Source: an uncultured Chloroflexia bacterium (GTDB lineage Bacteria > Chloroflexota > Limnocylindria > Limnocylindrales > CSP1-4). From it: DNA of 64,000 nt. Location of the stretch: contig CAWHDR010000001.1 of the NCBI GenBank assembly GCA_963828165.1, forward strand, positions 160,001 through 224,000, written 5' to 3'. The notes beneath the pieces were generated by a model, which was not told the DNA's origin, ran no database searches, and saw only the letters and a list, made by a program, of their open reading frames with translations. Positions 1 to 9,735 of the stretch are shown piece after piece (the stretch's first letter is position 1; each line of letters starts with the position of its first letter). The translations under genes were made by a program, and so were the position numbers.

Positions 1-36
1 CCCCGGGCGTGGAGCAGGATCGGCGGTTCCTGAGAA

Positions 37-133
37 TCAGGCGCACTCGTTTTGAGCGCGAAACGGTCGTTTGTGCGCCTGACTCTTCCCCTCTTGTGCG
101 CCTGACCCTTCCCGATAAATGACCTGACTCCGA
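37..133. repeat. Cluster of (T)GTGCGCCTGAC motifs: 20-bp direct repeat plus an inverted copy
   Basis: ttgtgcgcctgactcttccc (71-90) and ttgtgcgcctgacccttccc (94-113), 1 mismatch, 23-bp period; inverted tcaggcgcac at 37-46; degenerate gacctgactcc at 121-131. Confidence 0.75.
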
Positions 134-273
134 GTTGAGATCGACGTTTCCAGGCTCCGTAACGGAGGCCTTTCGTCTCGTCCGCCAAGCCGGATCCGGG
201 CTGTGGCGTCCACCTCGATGATCGCGGCTTCTTTACGTATCTGGCGAGGTCGGTTGGGTACCAGCAGAACCCC

Positions 274-900
274 TCAGATCTCACTCCGCATCCTCTGGGC
301 ACCGCGGTCTCGGCCGAGGCATCGACTCACACAACGTTGACTTCCGCAGCGTCGAGGTCGGACGGGCATGCCCGGGCGGCGCAGCGAACCGCTGGTCGCG
401 AATAAGGTCGCCTCGGAAGTGGCCTCGACCGCGTTGAGCTTGTCGCGCGTGGCGCTCCACCCGGCGAGTTCGCGTAGCCCAGCCTCGGAGGGAGGGCCCG
501 GGTCTGCGGAGTAGGTGACGAGCGTCAATCCTGGATCGGCCGGCAGTTCCATCAGCTCGTAGCCCAGAGTCAGGTCACCGACGAGCGGATGGTGGAGGTG
601 TTTCGTTCCCGAGCGGTGGTTCGGGAGCGCGAGCGCGAGTCCCATCGCGTATGCGTCCGGAGTCAGACGGGCCGAAATAAACTCGGGGCCAACGACAACG
701 ATGCGTTCGTAGAATGCGTTTAGCAGCTCCGCGCGGCCGTCGGAGGTGGCCATTGCCCACGTCTCGGGCAGTGCTCGCAACTTCGCGATCACCTTGTCGG
801 CCGAAGCCACCGCATGAGTCGGCGCACGTTCCTCGGCAATGGCGAGCTCGGTCCGCAGGGTGGCCATCCTTGCCAAGTAGGTCCGGATCGTCGAGCTGAC
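274..900 (-). pseudogene. Chimeric remnant: recombinase-like C-terminal segment joined to an MmyB-like regulator C-terminal fragment
   Basis: LRALPETWAMATSDGRAELLNAFYERIVVVGPEFISARLTP resembles large serine recombinase C-termini; HRSGTKHLHHPLVGDLTLGYELMELPADPGLTLVTYSADPGPPSEAGLRELA is the typical MmyB ligand-binding-domain tail; no catalytic or HTH N-terminus. Confidence 0.55.
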
Positions 901-1380
901 CAGCGGCCGGCTCCCGCCCTGAGGACAGGCCCTCCCCGTGCACGTCGCCAATCGCTAGTGACGGGTCGCGTACCCGAGCAGAACCGGCGAGGAGCCGCTC
1001 GCCGGTGACCCCAAGTATCGTCTGCGTCCTTCGTCGGCGATCACGTCGAGCACCGCCAGCCCGATGGCGGCGGACACCGGGTTCCCACCGGACGTGTCTT
1101 GTTACTGGGGCTGGCCTCCGCGATCACGGAGCCAGGCAGAGATCAACGCGGGCCAGCGTCGCCTCCGGCGGGCCGTGTCGAGACGTTGGGTATTCGATCG
1201 GCGAGACATCGGGCGAGCTCCTGCGAGGCCGCGCCAGTCCGCGGTCCGATCTCAATCGGTCGCGCCGGGAGGGGGATCGACGCGAAAGAAATGACGAATG
1301 AAGACAGGCCAACAGGCGAGGCACTCGGCCAGTTTGCATTGCCCGAGTACCATCGGGCCAGGGTCGGCCCAGGTCGATCG

Positions 1381-1647
1381 ATGTCACAGATCGAGACCCC
1401 GATGCAGAAACTGGTCGCCGAGATCATGGCGGCATGGCGCCGCGCCGAGCGGCTGACGGCTACGCTTCCCGCCGACAGCCTCGAGCACGAGGCCGCGCAA
1501 CGGGCCTGCAGCCGTCTCCGGGACGCGTACCAGGATCTGACGCACTCGGGCGTCGCGGCCGCTCTCACGGCGGCGGAGGCCAGGATGCTCCTTCGGGACG
1601 CAGCTAGCGACGTCGACGTCGCCCCGGACGCAGACACGGAGCCCTAG
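1381..1647 (+). CDS. Small helical hypothetical protein
   Basis: MSQIETPMQKLVAEIMAAWRRAERL...; protein-like composition within ORF 1099..1647. Confidence 0.45.
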   Translation: MSQIETPMQKLVAEIMAAWRRAERLTATLPADSLEHEAAQRACSRLRDAYQDLTHSGVAAALTAAEARMLLRDAASDVDVAPDADTEP

Positions 1648-2034
1648 ACAGGTGGGTGCGGATCACGCCCGCCGCCGTTTGCCGCCACCGGGACGTTCTC
1701 CTACCACTGCACGATCCACACCTACATGGTGGGCAAGGTTGTGGTCCTCGTCGCCGGGGTGACCGCTCCGCCAACGGACACGGACTTTGTGTAGGGGACG
1801 GCAAGCGCGCAGTCGAGCGGCGGCCTGTCGGTAACGCTGCTCCTCGTGGGCCTGAGCGGAGGGATCCTCGCGCTCCGCCGCGTCCGGAAAGACGCGTGAG
1901 CTGCCGAGATCAAGCTATCCCGATCAATCAGCGAGGCTCCGATCTGTCGATAGGGTGCAAGGTTCGGGGTGGAAACGCCGAGGTTCAAGAGTGGGCCCGA
2001 GGACCATGCTCACCTCCATCAGTTGGGGGAATCG

Positions 2035-2265
2035 ATGCTTTCATTCATGCGCTCGGTCGGCTTGACGTCCGACATGTTCTACGTCGCCTCGCTGGGCTCG
2101 ATTCTCGCGTCGCTCGCGCTCTGGTTCATGCCTCGCCGAGGAGACGACTCGGACAAGGGCAGGCCGGAACGCCTCGCGATCTTCGTGGGTCTGTGGCCGC
2201 CGACATTGTTCCTCATGGGCCATGCGCTCCGAGACGAGGAAACACGTGAGCCACGATCACAGTGA
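2035..2265 (+). CDS. Small membrane protein of unknown function
   Basis: Two hydrophobic segments (FYVASLGSILASLALWF; LAIFVGLWPPTLFLMG); GGGGGAA upstream of the ATG. Confidence 0.65.
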   Translation: MLSFMRSVGLTSDMFYVASLGSILASLALWFMPRRGDDSDKGRPERLAIFVGLWPPTLFLMGHALRDEETREPRSQ

Positions 2266-2425
2266 GGGCATCGAGCGCCGCGCATAGGTCCGCGAAACCC
2301 AGACTCAGTGTCGTGCTCCGGAGCACCGCCACCATTATTCGCGCAGCTGGCGCAGAGGTCAGGGCGTTGAGTCAACGCGGGATGCGGCTCCCGAGGCGCG
2401 CTGCGGCCCGCATGAGCACCCGGCG

Positions 2426-3076
2426 GTGAATATCCAGCCATCGCCCACGCAGGCTACGAGAACGGATCGGCGCCGCACACCTGCTCCCGGGCCGGGCGCC
2501 CCGTCCGGACCGTCGGACGACGCCCTGATCGCCGGGCTGGCCGCGGGCCGCCTTGAGGCCTTGGACGCCCTTTACGAGCGCTACGGATCCACAGCGTACG
2601 GATTAGCGCGCCGCATCACAGCGGATGATGGCCTGGCAGCAGATGCGCTCCAGGCGGCATTCCTTGGGGTCTGGCGCGCCGCGGCTAGCCTCGCACCGGA
2701 CCGCCGGACGGCCCGAGGGTGGCTGCTCACGGTGGTCCACGATCACGCGATCGAGGCAGTTCGGCGGCGCCGGGCCGCGGGCGACCCCGCGGACAAGCTC
2801 GAGGGCGTGCGGGCGCTCGAACGACTGGTGAGCCTCGAGACCTGGGACGAGGTCCGGGTGCAACCCGGCGGAGCGACGGTGGTTGCCGCGCTCGCGCACC
2901 TGCCGAGCGACCAGCGTCGATCGCTGGAGATGGCCTACTTCGACGGCCTGTCGGAGTCCGAGATCGCCACCCGTACGGGGGTGCCCGTGCGCACCGTGCG
3001 GAGCCGGCTCCGCCTGGCCCTCATGGGGCTGCGCGGCGAGCTCGAGCGGGGCTGCACGACTACGGCCAGTCGCTGA
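2426..3076 (+). CDS. ECF sigma-70 factor (SigK-like)
   Basis: Region 2 (ALDALYERY...DALQAAFLGVWR...GWLLTVVH) and region 4 (LPSDQRRSLEMAYFDGLSESEIATRTGVPVRTVRSRLR). Confidence 0.85.
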   Translation: MNIQPSPTQATRTDRRRTPAPGPGAPSGPSDDALIAGLAAGRLEALDALYERYGSTAYGLARRITADDGLAADALQAAFLGVWRAAASLAPDRRTARGWLLTVVHDHAIEAVRRRRAAGDPADKLEGVRALERLVSLETWDEVRVQPGGATVVAALAHLPSDQRRSLEMAYFDGLSESEIATRTGVPVRTVRSRLRLALMGLRGELERGCTTTASR

Positions 3077-3277
3077 CGCCGACGAAGGGAGATCACCGAA
3101 CCCGGCGTCGCGGGTCCACGCTGTCGAGCTGGGACGACCGGCCAACGACGGCAGAACTGTCGGGCCGACCCGAATGGTCAGATTGTGATCGCGACCCTCG
3201 ATCGGCACGACGTAGGTTGCTAACCCGCGCCCAACACCTGTCGGGCGCGCCAGTCAAAACGGCCGCTGCTAGCAATG

Positions 3278-3340
3278 GCGCCTGACTCTTTACAGGATCA
3301 CGATGTGCGTCTAACTAGTGCCGGGATGTGCGCTTGACTC
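3278..3340. repeat. Second cluster of GTGCGCCTGACTC-like motifs
   Basis: gcgcctgactctt 3278-3290 identical to 75-87; gatgtgcgtctaact 3302-3316 and gatgtgcgcttgactc 3325-3340 at a 23-bp period. Confidence 0.6.
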
Positions 3341-3411
3341 ATTCCAAGAAATCGGACAGAGATCGCTGTCCTGCACGCTCACGTGACCGCTCGCGAGCCC
3401 TGAATCCGGCG

Positions 3412-3461
3412 TTTGACTCTGGATCAGGAGATCGAAGGTTCGAATCCTTCCTCGCCAGCCA
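3412..3461 (+). tRNA. 3' fragment of tRNA-Gln(CTG), probable att site; not a complete tRNA
   Basis: Anticodon arm tttga-CTCTGGA-tcagg, T arm gaagg-TTCGAAT-ccttc, 3' acceptor strand ctcgcca-GCCA; the complementary 5' strand (tggcgag) and D arm are absent upstream. Confidence 0.8.
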
Positions 3462-3530
3462 TCCCCTCCTCACTGATAGTGGGTCGGACGATCACTCCGC
3501 GGTTTATGCTCGCGTCGGATCCGTCCGACG

Positions 3531-4706
3531 TTGAAGAGGATCGCAGTGCCCGATCAGCCGGAGCCCGCGTGTCTCGTCCTCGCCGACATCAGCGGGTACA
3601 CGAGGTACCTCGCGGGCGTCGAACTCGACCACGCCCAGGACATCCTGGCCGACCTGACTGACGCCGTCGTTCGAGCGCTCCGACCGACTTTCCGCCTCGC
3701 CAAGCTCGAGGGCGACGCGGCCTTTGCCTACGTGGTCACCGACGTGATCGACGGGTCGGTCCTCCAGGACACCATCGAGAACTGCTATAGCGCCTTCCGT
3801 AGGCGACTTCGCGACATCGGCCAAGCGTCACAGTGCGACTGCAACGCGTGCACCTACCTTCCGCGACTCGACCTGAAGTTCGTGGTCCATCACGGGCTGA
3901 TCGCCCGGCAACGGATGGCCGGTCGCGAAGAGCTGGTCGGCCGCGACGTGATCGTCGTCCATCGACTGCTCAAGAACGACGTCCAGGCCGCCTTGGGTAT
4001 CCGCGCCTACGCTCTCTATACGAACGACTGCGTCCGGAAGATGGGACTCGCCGATCCCGCCGCCGCCGGGCTGATCGAGCACCGCGAGACCTACGAGGTC
4101 GTCGGGGAGGTTTCCGGCTGGGTCCGCGACCTCGAGGCCGTCTGGCAGGAGGCCGAGGTTGGTTCGGCATTGATCGTCGGGGCTGCGCAGGCGGCCTGGA
4201 CGACGTCGTTCACATTCGACGGCCCGCCGGCCATCGTCTGGGAATGGATCACCTCTCCCGCCCGCCGACTGCAGTGGCAGATCGGCGTCGTCGCCGTCAA
4301 CGAGGAGTTCAAGGGCGGCCGCCGCGGGGTCGGGACGACGAACCACTGCGTTCACGGCCGCGACGCGATCGTTGAGGAAATCCTCGCCTGGCATCCGCCC
4401 GAGGTCCTCACGACCCGGTTCCAGATGCCGATGCCAGGCGTCCCGAAGTTGACCCGGAGCGAACTGTTCGAGGCGACGCCCGATGGAGCCAAGACGCTCT
4501 TCACCGTCCACGTCCAACGACCATCCTCGGCGAAGGATCGCGCCAAACTCGAGGAGTTGGCGCCATTCCTGGTGCATGCGTATGGCGATGGCCTCGCGAC
4601 GTTGGCGCCCATGATCAAGGCTGATGTCGAGGCGCGGTCCGCATCGGCGACACCAGAACCTGACCTACCCGTTTCGGCTGGACGGAACCTCACCGCAAGG
4701 GCGTAA
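3531..4706 (+). CDS. DUF2652 (class III cyclase-like) domain fused to an SRPBCC domain
   Basis: LADISGYT, KLEGDA, CDCNAC, LKFVVHHG, VIVVHRLLKN; C-terminal PAIVWEWITSP...GVGTTNHCVHG. Confidence 0.85.
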   Translation: MKRIAVPDQPEPACLVLADISGYTRYLAGVELDHAQDILADLTDAVVRALRPTFRLAKLEGDAAFAYVVTDVIDGSVLQDTIENCYSAFRRRLRDIGQASQCDCNACTYLPRLDLKFVVHHGLIARQRMAGREELVGRDVIVVHRLLKNDVQAALGIRAYALYTNDCVRKMGLADPAAAGLIEHRETYEVVGEVSGWVRDLEAVWQEAEVGSALIVGAAQAAWTTSFTFDGPPAIVWEWITSPARRLQWQIGVVAVNEEFKGGRRGVGTTNHCVHGRDAIVEEILAWHPPEVLTTRFQMPMPGVPKLTRSELFEATPDGAKTLFTVHVQRPSSAKDRAKLEELAPFLVHAYGDGLATLAPMIKADVEARSASATPEPDLPVSAGRNLTARA

Positions 4707-4780
4707 GGCCATCGAAGCCGGCTCAGGCGGTCGCCCGTATCGATTCGAGACGATCCGTGAGGTAGATGCGCTCGGATTCG

Positions 4781-4987
4781 CTAGCGGTGAGGGTCCGCTG
4801 CGCGGGCGTACGACTGGCTCGCCTCGTCACAGCGTCCGAGTCTGCGCAACAGGTCGGCGCGTGCGGCGTGGTAAAGGTGGTACTCGGGGAGGTCGAGGCC
4901 GTCGAGGATGTCGAGGCCGGCTGCCGGTCCGCGCACCTCACTTCGGGCGATAGCCCGGTTCATCGCCACCACCGGCGTCGGAGTCAT
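4781..4987 (-). pseudogene. C-terminal fragment of a TPR-tailed ECF sigma factor (DUF6596-type)
   Basis: TPVVAMNRAIARSEVRGPAAGLDILDGL...YHLYHAARADLLRRLGR is the typical tail; no upstream sigma domains. Confidence 0.65.
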
Positions 4988-5162
4988 CGCCAGCAGTGGG
5001 TGGTAGGGGTTTGGCGAGATGGACCCTCTGGGTGTCGTTCTCGGTGGGTCCGTGGGCCATCGAATGCCCGCGGGAGCGGGCCGGTGGAGTCCTGGGAACA
5101 GGAACGACTGCCCGTCCCATCAGCCATCGCGCTCGTGATGTCGCCACTTGCCGTTGGGTACC

Positions 5163-5465
5163 TCACCCGGGACGATCCAACTCTGCGAGACGGTCTGGCG
5201 GCGAGCCCGGGCGATAACGCCAGGCTACGAGCAGTGTCGCAGCGCCTGTCAGCGCGGCCACCGTATTGGGCACGACGAGCACGACGTTCTGGAGCGCGAG
5301 GCCGTACGCCACCCAAAGTCCAAACCCGACTTCAAGAACCGCGAGGTAGCCGAGTGACACGTCGGCCGCGGAGCGGCGGACGACGATGCGCCGGATCTGC
5401 AGAGCTGGAGACACGGCCATCAGGATGCCCCAGAGGGCGGCAGCGGTTGCCAGAAGATCGACCAT
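5163..5465 (-). CDS. SemiSWEET/PQ-loop family small transporter
   Basis: SPALQIRRIVVRRSAADVSLGY...LWVAYG...VVPN; three TM helices. Confidence 0.75.
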   Translation of the reverse strand: MVDLLATAAALWGILMAVSPALQIRRIVVRRSAADVSLGYLAVLEVGFGLWVAYGLALQNVVLVVPNTVAALTGAATLLVAWRYRPGSPPDRLAELDRPG

Positions 5466-5696
5466 AACGAGCCCCAAACGCAGGGCGCTCGACAGATCGA
5501 CCGCGTTCGCTGGCTTGGCCAGGAGGAGCGCACGCGCGGCACCGTGATGGTACCTCGTCGACTCTATCCGGCAGGTTCAACCTCTTTTGCCCGCCGGAAT
5601 CGAACGAATCCGAGTCCACCCACGCTCAGATCCCAGAAGGGTCCCAGAAGGAGCGAGATGCCTTCTCGAGGACCCGCTCGATGTCGAGCTGGGATG

Positions 5697-6134
5697 TCAC
5701 CGGCTCGAGCTCTCCGTTTCGATCTGTTCGAGGGCACCCAGGATCGTGGCGATCACCTGGACCGTCGATGCCGCCGGCAGGTCGATCCGGATCGTCGCGG
5801 CCTCGGTGAGCATCGAGTTGTACGCGCCCGCCGAGCCGGTATGTCCGCGGATGTCCGTCCGAACCAGCACGATCCATTTCTTCAGGCCGAACGCGTAGCC
5901 GACTTCCCAGCTCGTGCCGGAATCGGGGTCCGGACCATCCATGATCGCCACCAGCCCATCGGCCCAGTCGATCCCACCGACATCGGTGGCGAAGATGCCC
6001 GCCGCGTCCCTGCCGGGCTCCTGTTCCTGCGGCAGGAACACCTCGTGGCCGGCTGCCCGCAGGGCGGCGGTGACTTCGGCGTTCCAGGTGCGCTCGGACG
6101 TCGTGAACAGCGGACCGGCGAAATAGACCTTCAT
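5697..6134 (-). CDS. Nucleoside 2-deoxyribosyltransferase family protein
   Basis: MKVYFAGPLF, VFLPQE, D...I..AD, DSGTSWEVGYA, YNSML motifs. Confidence 0.9.
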   Translation of the reverse strand: MKVYFAGPLFTTSERTWNAEVTAALRAAGHEVFLPQEQEPGRDAAGIFATDVGGIDWADGLVAIMDGPDPDSGTSWEVGYAFGLKKWIVLVRTDIRGHTGSAGAYNSMLTEAATIRIDLPAASTVQVIATILGALEQIETESSSR

Positions 6135-6226
6135 CGCCGCCAGTATCGCGGAGCGCGACCGGTGCGCGCCCCGTGGTGCCCGCCCCCGTTTACCCGGGCC
6201 TTGCGCCACGGCGTCACCATGGAGCG

Positions 6227-7072
6227 ATGGGTGCCATCAGACGAAAGAGCTTCGACGACCCGGATGGGCTCCGGGAGTTTCCGCTCCTGACGGTTTCGCT
6301 CGCGAGAATCGGGTCGCACACGATCGGTCGCGGGGTGGTCCAGCCCGGCTGGCACTGGTCGGAGCACCTGGGGCCGGTGATGCGGGCGGAGTCGTGCCCG
6401 GTGCATCACGTCCAGGTGCTGCTCGCCGGTGGTTTCGCGGCGCGAATGGAGGATGGCGAAGAGGTGGTGTTCCAGCCTGGCGACGTGATGGACATCCCGC
6501 CCGGGCACGATGCCTGGGTGGTCGGCGACGAGCCAGCGGTGCTGATCGATTTCGCCGGCAACATCGACGCCCTCGGCCTGCCACGCGAGCATGAGCGCAT
6601 GGTGACGACCCTGCTCATGACCGACATCGTCGACTCGACCCGGACCGCGCGCCGCCTCGGCGACGCCCCCTGGAAGCAGCTCCTGTCCGATCACAACCGG
6701 CTCGTTCGAGCGCAGCTGCTCCGCTTCGGCGGCTCGGAGGTGAACACCACCGGCGACGGCTTCCTCGCCACATTCCGAAGCGCCGTCGCCGGGCTCCGAT
6801 GCGCCGACGCCATCCACGCCGCGCTGCGAGATACCGATATCGAGGTGCGCATTGGCGTCCACACCGGCGAGGTTGAACCGATGGGCGACGACATCGGCGG
6901 CGTCGCGGTGCACGCAGCCGCTCGGATCATGGCGCTCGCCGGCGCATCGGAGGTCTTCGCCTCCGCGATCACGGTCGGTCTCGCCGAAGGGAGCGGCCTC
7001 GCCTTCGAGAGCCGGGGTGCGAAGGAGGTCAAGGGACTTGATCGGCCGATCGAGGTGTACCGGCTGACATGA
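6227..7072 (+). CDS. Cupin-domain adenylate/guanylate cyclase
   Basis: N-terminal cupin (QPGWHWSEH, CPVHH, IPPGHDAWVVG); cyclase motifs MTDIVDST, TTGDGFLA, RIGVHTGE, GVAVHAAARI. Confidence 0.9.
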   Translation: MGAIRRKSFDDPDGLREFPLLTVSLARIGSHTIGRGVVQPGWHWSEHLGPVMRAESCPVHHVQVLLAGGFAARMEDGEEVVFQPGDVMDIPPGHDAWVVGDEPAVLIDFAGNIDALGLPREHERMVTTLLMTDIVDSTRTARRLGDAPWKQLLSDHNRLVRAQLLRFGGSEVNTTGDGFLATFRSAVAGLRCADAIHAALRDTDIEVRIGVHTGEVEPMGDDIGGVAVHAAARIMALAGASEVFASAITVGLAEGSGLAFESRGAKEVKGLDRPIEVYRLT

Positions 7073-7165
7073 CTCCGGAATCACGGAGGGTTGGCGCGGC
7101 CCGAACGGTGGCCCGCGGACGGCACCGACTGAAGGGCGCCGAACGCGAGCACGAGCCGTTCTCCG

Positions 7166-8248
7166 TCAGCGCGGCGGCGCGGCGTGCAGACGTACGGTGA
7201 CGCTGAGCCCGCCAGCGGCCCGGGGGGAGAGGGTGAGAGTGCCGTCGTGTGCCTGCGCGATGCTTTGGACGATCGCCAGGCCGAGGCCGACACCGGCGTG
7301 GTCGGTAAGGATTCGTTCGGTGCCGCGCTGGAACGGCTCGACGAGCGTGGAAACCGTCTGAGGGGTGAGCTTCTCGCCGGTGTTCTCGACCGTGAGCTCC
7401 ACGGTCTCGGAGTCACCGCTGGTCGTGACCCACACCGTGCCCTGTTCAGTCAGGTTGTGGACGATCGCGTTGTGCAGGAGGTTCGTCGTCGTCTGCAGCA
7501 GGAGCGCGTGCGAGCCGACGGTGGGGGTGATGTCGCCGGAGGTCTCGATGGTGACGCCGCGACTTTCTGCGAGCGGAAGAAGCGTTTCAGCGGCTTCTTC
7601 GGCGATGAGGGACAGGTCGACCCGATCTCGGGTGAAAGACCGTTGGTTGGCGCGGCTGAGCAGGAGCAGTGCCTCAGTGAGATCGATCGCTCGGGCGTTG
7701 ACGACGTGGAGGCGTTCGACGAGCGCACCCGTGTCGCGGCTCGGGTCGTTGCGGGCCACGTCCAGAAGCGTCTGCGTGATCGCCAGCGGCGTGCGCAGTT
7801 CGTGGGAGGCATTGGCGGCGAATCTCTGCTGTTCGGCGACGTGCGCTTCGAGCCTCGCGAGCATGGCGTCGAAGGCGTCGGCCAGTTCGCGGAACTCGTC
7901 CTTGCGGCCTGCCAACTGGATCCGGTGGGATAGCGATCCGGTCGCGGCCTTGCGTGTGGCGTCGGTGATACGAGTCAGGGGGGCGAGCATTCGGCCGGCG
8001 AGGATCCACCCTCCCACGAGACCCAGCACCAGCAGGAATGCCAACACCGCGGCCGCCCTGGGGGCGAATGCGCGGAGGAGGTCGGAGCGGTTGGGAACGA
8101 ACTCGAGTGCGGTGATCTCGCGGTCGGGTACGTACCGCAGGAGGAACACCCACACCGCGGCGAGCAACAAGGTGCCTACGAGGATGAGGAACCCGGCGTA
8201 GCTGAGGGTGAGTTTGAGGCGGACACTCAGACCAGGGTCTCTATCCAC
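7166..8248 (-). CDS. vanS: Sensor histidine kinase, actinobacterial VanS type
   Basis: GLSVRLKLTLSYAGF N-terminus, HAMP, FAANASHELRTPL, NLLHNAIVHN, HAGVGLGLAIV; overlaps the vanR stop. Confidence 0.85.
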   Translation of the reverse strand: MDRDPGLSVRLKLTLSYAGFLILVGTLLLAAVWVFLLRYVPDREITALEFVPNRSDLLRAFAPRAAAVLAFLLVLGLVGGWILAGRMLAPLTRITDATRKAATGSLSHRIQLAGRKDEFRELADAFDAMLARLEAHVAEQQRFAANASHELRTPLAITQTLLDVARNDPSRDTGALVERLHVVNARAIDLTEALLLLSRANQRSFTRDRVDLSLIAEEAAETLLPLAESRGVTIETSGDITPTVGSHALLLQTTTNLLHNAIVHNLTEQGTVWVTTSGDSETVELTVENTGEKLTPQTVSTLVEPFQRGTERILTDHAGVGLGLAIVQSIAQAHDGTLTLSPRAAGGLSVTVRLHAAPPR

Positions 8249-8936
8249 GCTCCCCTGCCTCACGCCCCGTGTCTGATCGAGCGTCGATGCGGTAGCCGAC
8301 GCCGGGCACGGTGGCGATCAGCCAGGGTTGGCCGAGTCGTTTCCGCAGGGCCGAGACCGTGATGCGCACGGCGTTCGTGAACGGGTTGGCGTTCGCATCC
8401 CATGCCCGCTCCAGCAAGTCTTCGGCGCTGACGACACCACCTTCGGCAGCGACCAGGACTTCGAGCACGGCGAACTGCTTCCTGGTCAGCGCCACGTAGC
8501 GGCCGTCGCGGTAGACCTCGCGTCGGAACGGGTCCACGCGCAGGCCTGCGATCGTTCGCACGGGTGGCCGGTTGTGCGCTCGCCTGCGGTCGAGGGCTCT
8601 GAGACGGAGCACGAGCTCTCGGAGCTCGAACGGTTTGGTGAGGTAGTCGTCGGCGCCGAGCTCGAACCCGGAGGCCTTGTCATCGAGCCGGTCGGCAGCC
8701 GTCAGCATCAGGATCGGCATCCCGCTGCCGGAGGCGACGATTCTCTCGGCGATCTCGTCGCCGGTAAGTCCGGGGATGTCTCGGTCGAGGACGGCGATGT
8801 CGTAGGCGTTGACGCTCAGCATCTCCAGCGCGGCGTCGCCGTCATCCGCGATGTCGCCCGCGATCGCTTCGAGGCGCAGGCCATCGCGGATGGCTTCTGC
8901 GAGATAGGGCTCGTCCTCAACGATCAGCACACGCAT
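8241..8936 (-). CDS. vanR: OmpR-family response regulator, actinobacterial VanR type
   Basis: MRVLIVEDEPYLAEAIRDGLRLEAIA...VLDRDIPG...NPFTNAVRITVSALRKRLG closely matches Streptomyces VanR as I recall it. Confidence 0.88.
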   Translation of the reverse strand: MRVLIVEDEPYLAEAIRDGLRLEAIAGDIADDGDAALEMLSVNAYDIAVLDRDIPGLTGDEIAERIVASGSGMPILMLTAADRLDDKASGFELGADDYLTKPFELRELVLRLRALDRRRAHNRPPVRTIAGLRVDPFRREVYRDGRYVALTRKQFAVLEVLVAAEGGVVSAEDLLERAWDANANPFTNAVRITVSALRKRLGQPWLIATVPGVGYRIDARSDTGREAGERG

Positions 8937-8945
8937 GCTCCACGG

Positions 8946-9020
8946 ACGCTAACGGGCCGGCATATCGCTGGCATATGGAAACGCACGTACGCGGTGGCAA
9001 CACCACGCTGCCTTCACTGG
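8946..9020. promoter_or_regulatory. vanR/vanY divergent promoter region with tandem GGCATAT boxes
   Basis: ggcatat at 8959-8965 and 8970-8976 (11-bp period, OmpR-type spacing); minus-strand TAGCGT (8946-8951) 9 nt before the vanR ATG suggests a near-leaderless transcript. Confidence 0.55.
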
Positions 9021-9024
9021 CGGC

Positions 9025-9735
9025 ATGCGTCGAACCACAGAAGGACGAACATCGACCCGCAGGACGGTCACGCCCAAGGTCGTCGGCCTGGCCGTCGTCA
9101 CCGCTGCGATCATCGGAAGCCTCGTCTATCAGACAGCGTCGTCATCGTCCTCCTTCAGCGAAGCACACGCGCCGGGCGGTCACCGTGCTGTGCCGCTGTC
9201 ACCATCGTCATCGGCGCCCTCGTTCACCAAGGGCCCTCGTGGCGACCACGGTCTTGCGACGACCGAGGATGACGGTGCCGTCACCGAGGAGGACGGTGCC
9301 CTGCCCGACCGCGTGACGGTGTTGGATGACGAGTATCCCGGCCTGAGCAACCTCGACCCCGATCTGCTCGTGGCCCTGCGCGAAGCGGCGAGGGATGCCG
9401 CCGACGACGGCATCGAGCTCTACGTGAATAGCGGCTGGCGCTCCCCCGAGTACCAGGATCAGCTGCTTCGAGAGGCGGTCGTCGAGTACGGCTCTCAAAA
9501 GGAAGCCGCCCGATGGGTCGCCACCGCGGACACCTCCGCGCACGTGTCCGGGGACGCGGTGGACATCGGATCCATCGATGCCACGGCCTGGCTGTCCGAG
9601 CATGGCGCCCATTACGGTCTCTGCCAGATCTACCGCAACGAATCCTGGCATTTCGAACTGCGTCCCAAGGCGATCGATCGTGGGTGCCCTCCCACCTTTG
9701 CCGACCCCGCGCACGTTCCGAGTGTCCGGAAATGA
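9025..9735 (+). CDS. vanY: D-Ala-D-Ala carboxypeptidase, peptidase M15B
   Basis: N-terminal TM; VNSGWRS, SAHVSGDAVD (SxHxxGxAxD), NESWHFE (ExWH); divergent from vanRS. Confidence 0.85.
   Translation: MRRTTEGRTSTRRTVTPKVVGLAVVTAAIIGSLVYQTASSSSSFSEAHAPGGHRAVPLSPSSSAPSFTKGPRGDHGLATTEDDGAVTEEDGALPDRVTVLDDEYPGLSNLDPDLLVALREAARDAADDGIELYVNSGWRSPEYQDQLLREAVVEYGSQKEAARWVATADTSAHVSGDAVDIGSIDATAWLSEHGAHYGLCQIYRNESWHFELRPKAIDRGCPPTFADPAHVPSVRK

Noticed and set aside
37-133. Possible CRISPR array
   Set aside because: Only two 20-bp copies with a 3-bp gap, no spacers and no cas genes
3390-3461. Complete tRNA-Gln gene
   Set aside because: No 5' acceptor strand or D arm; reported as a fragment
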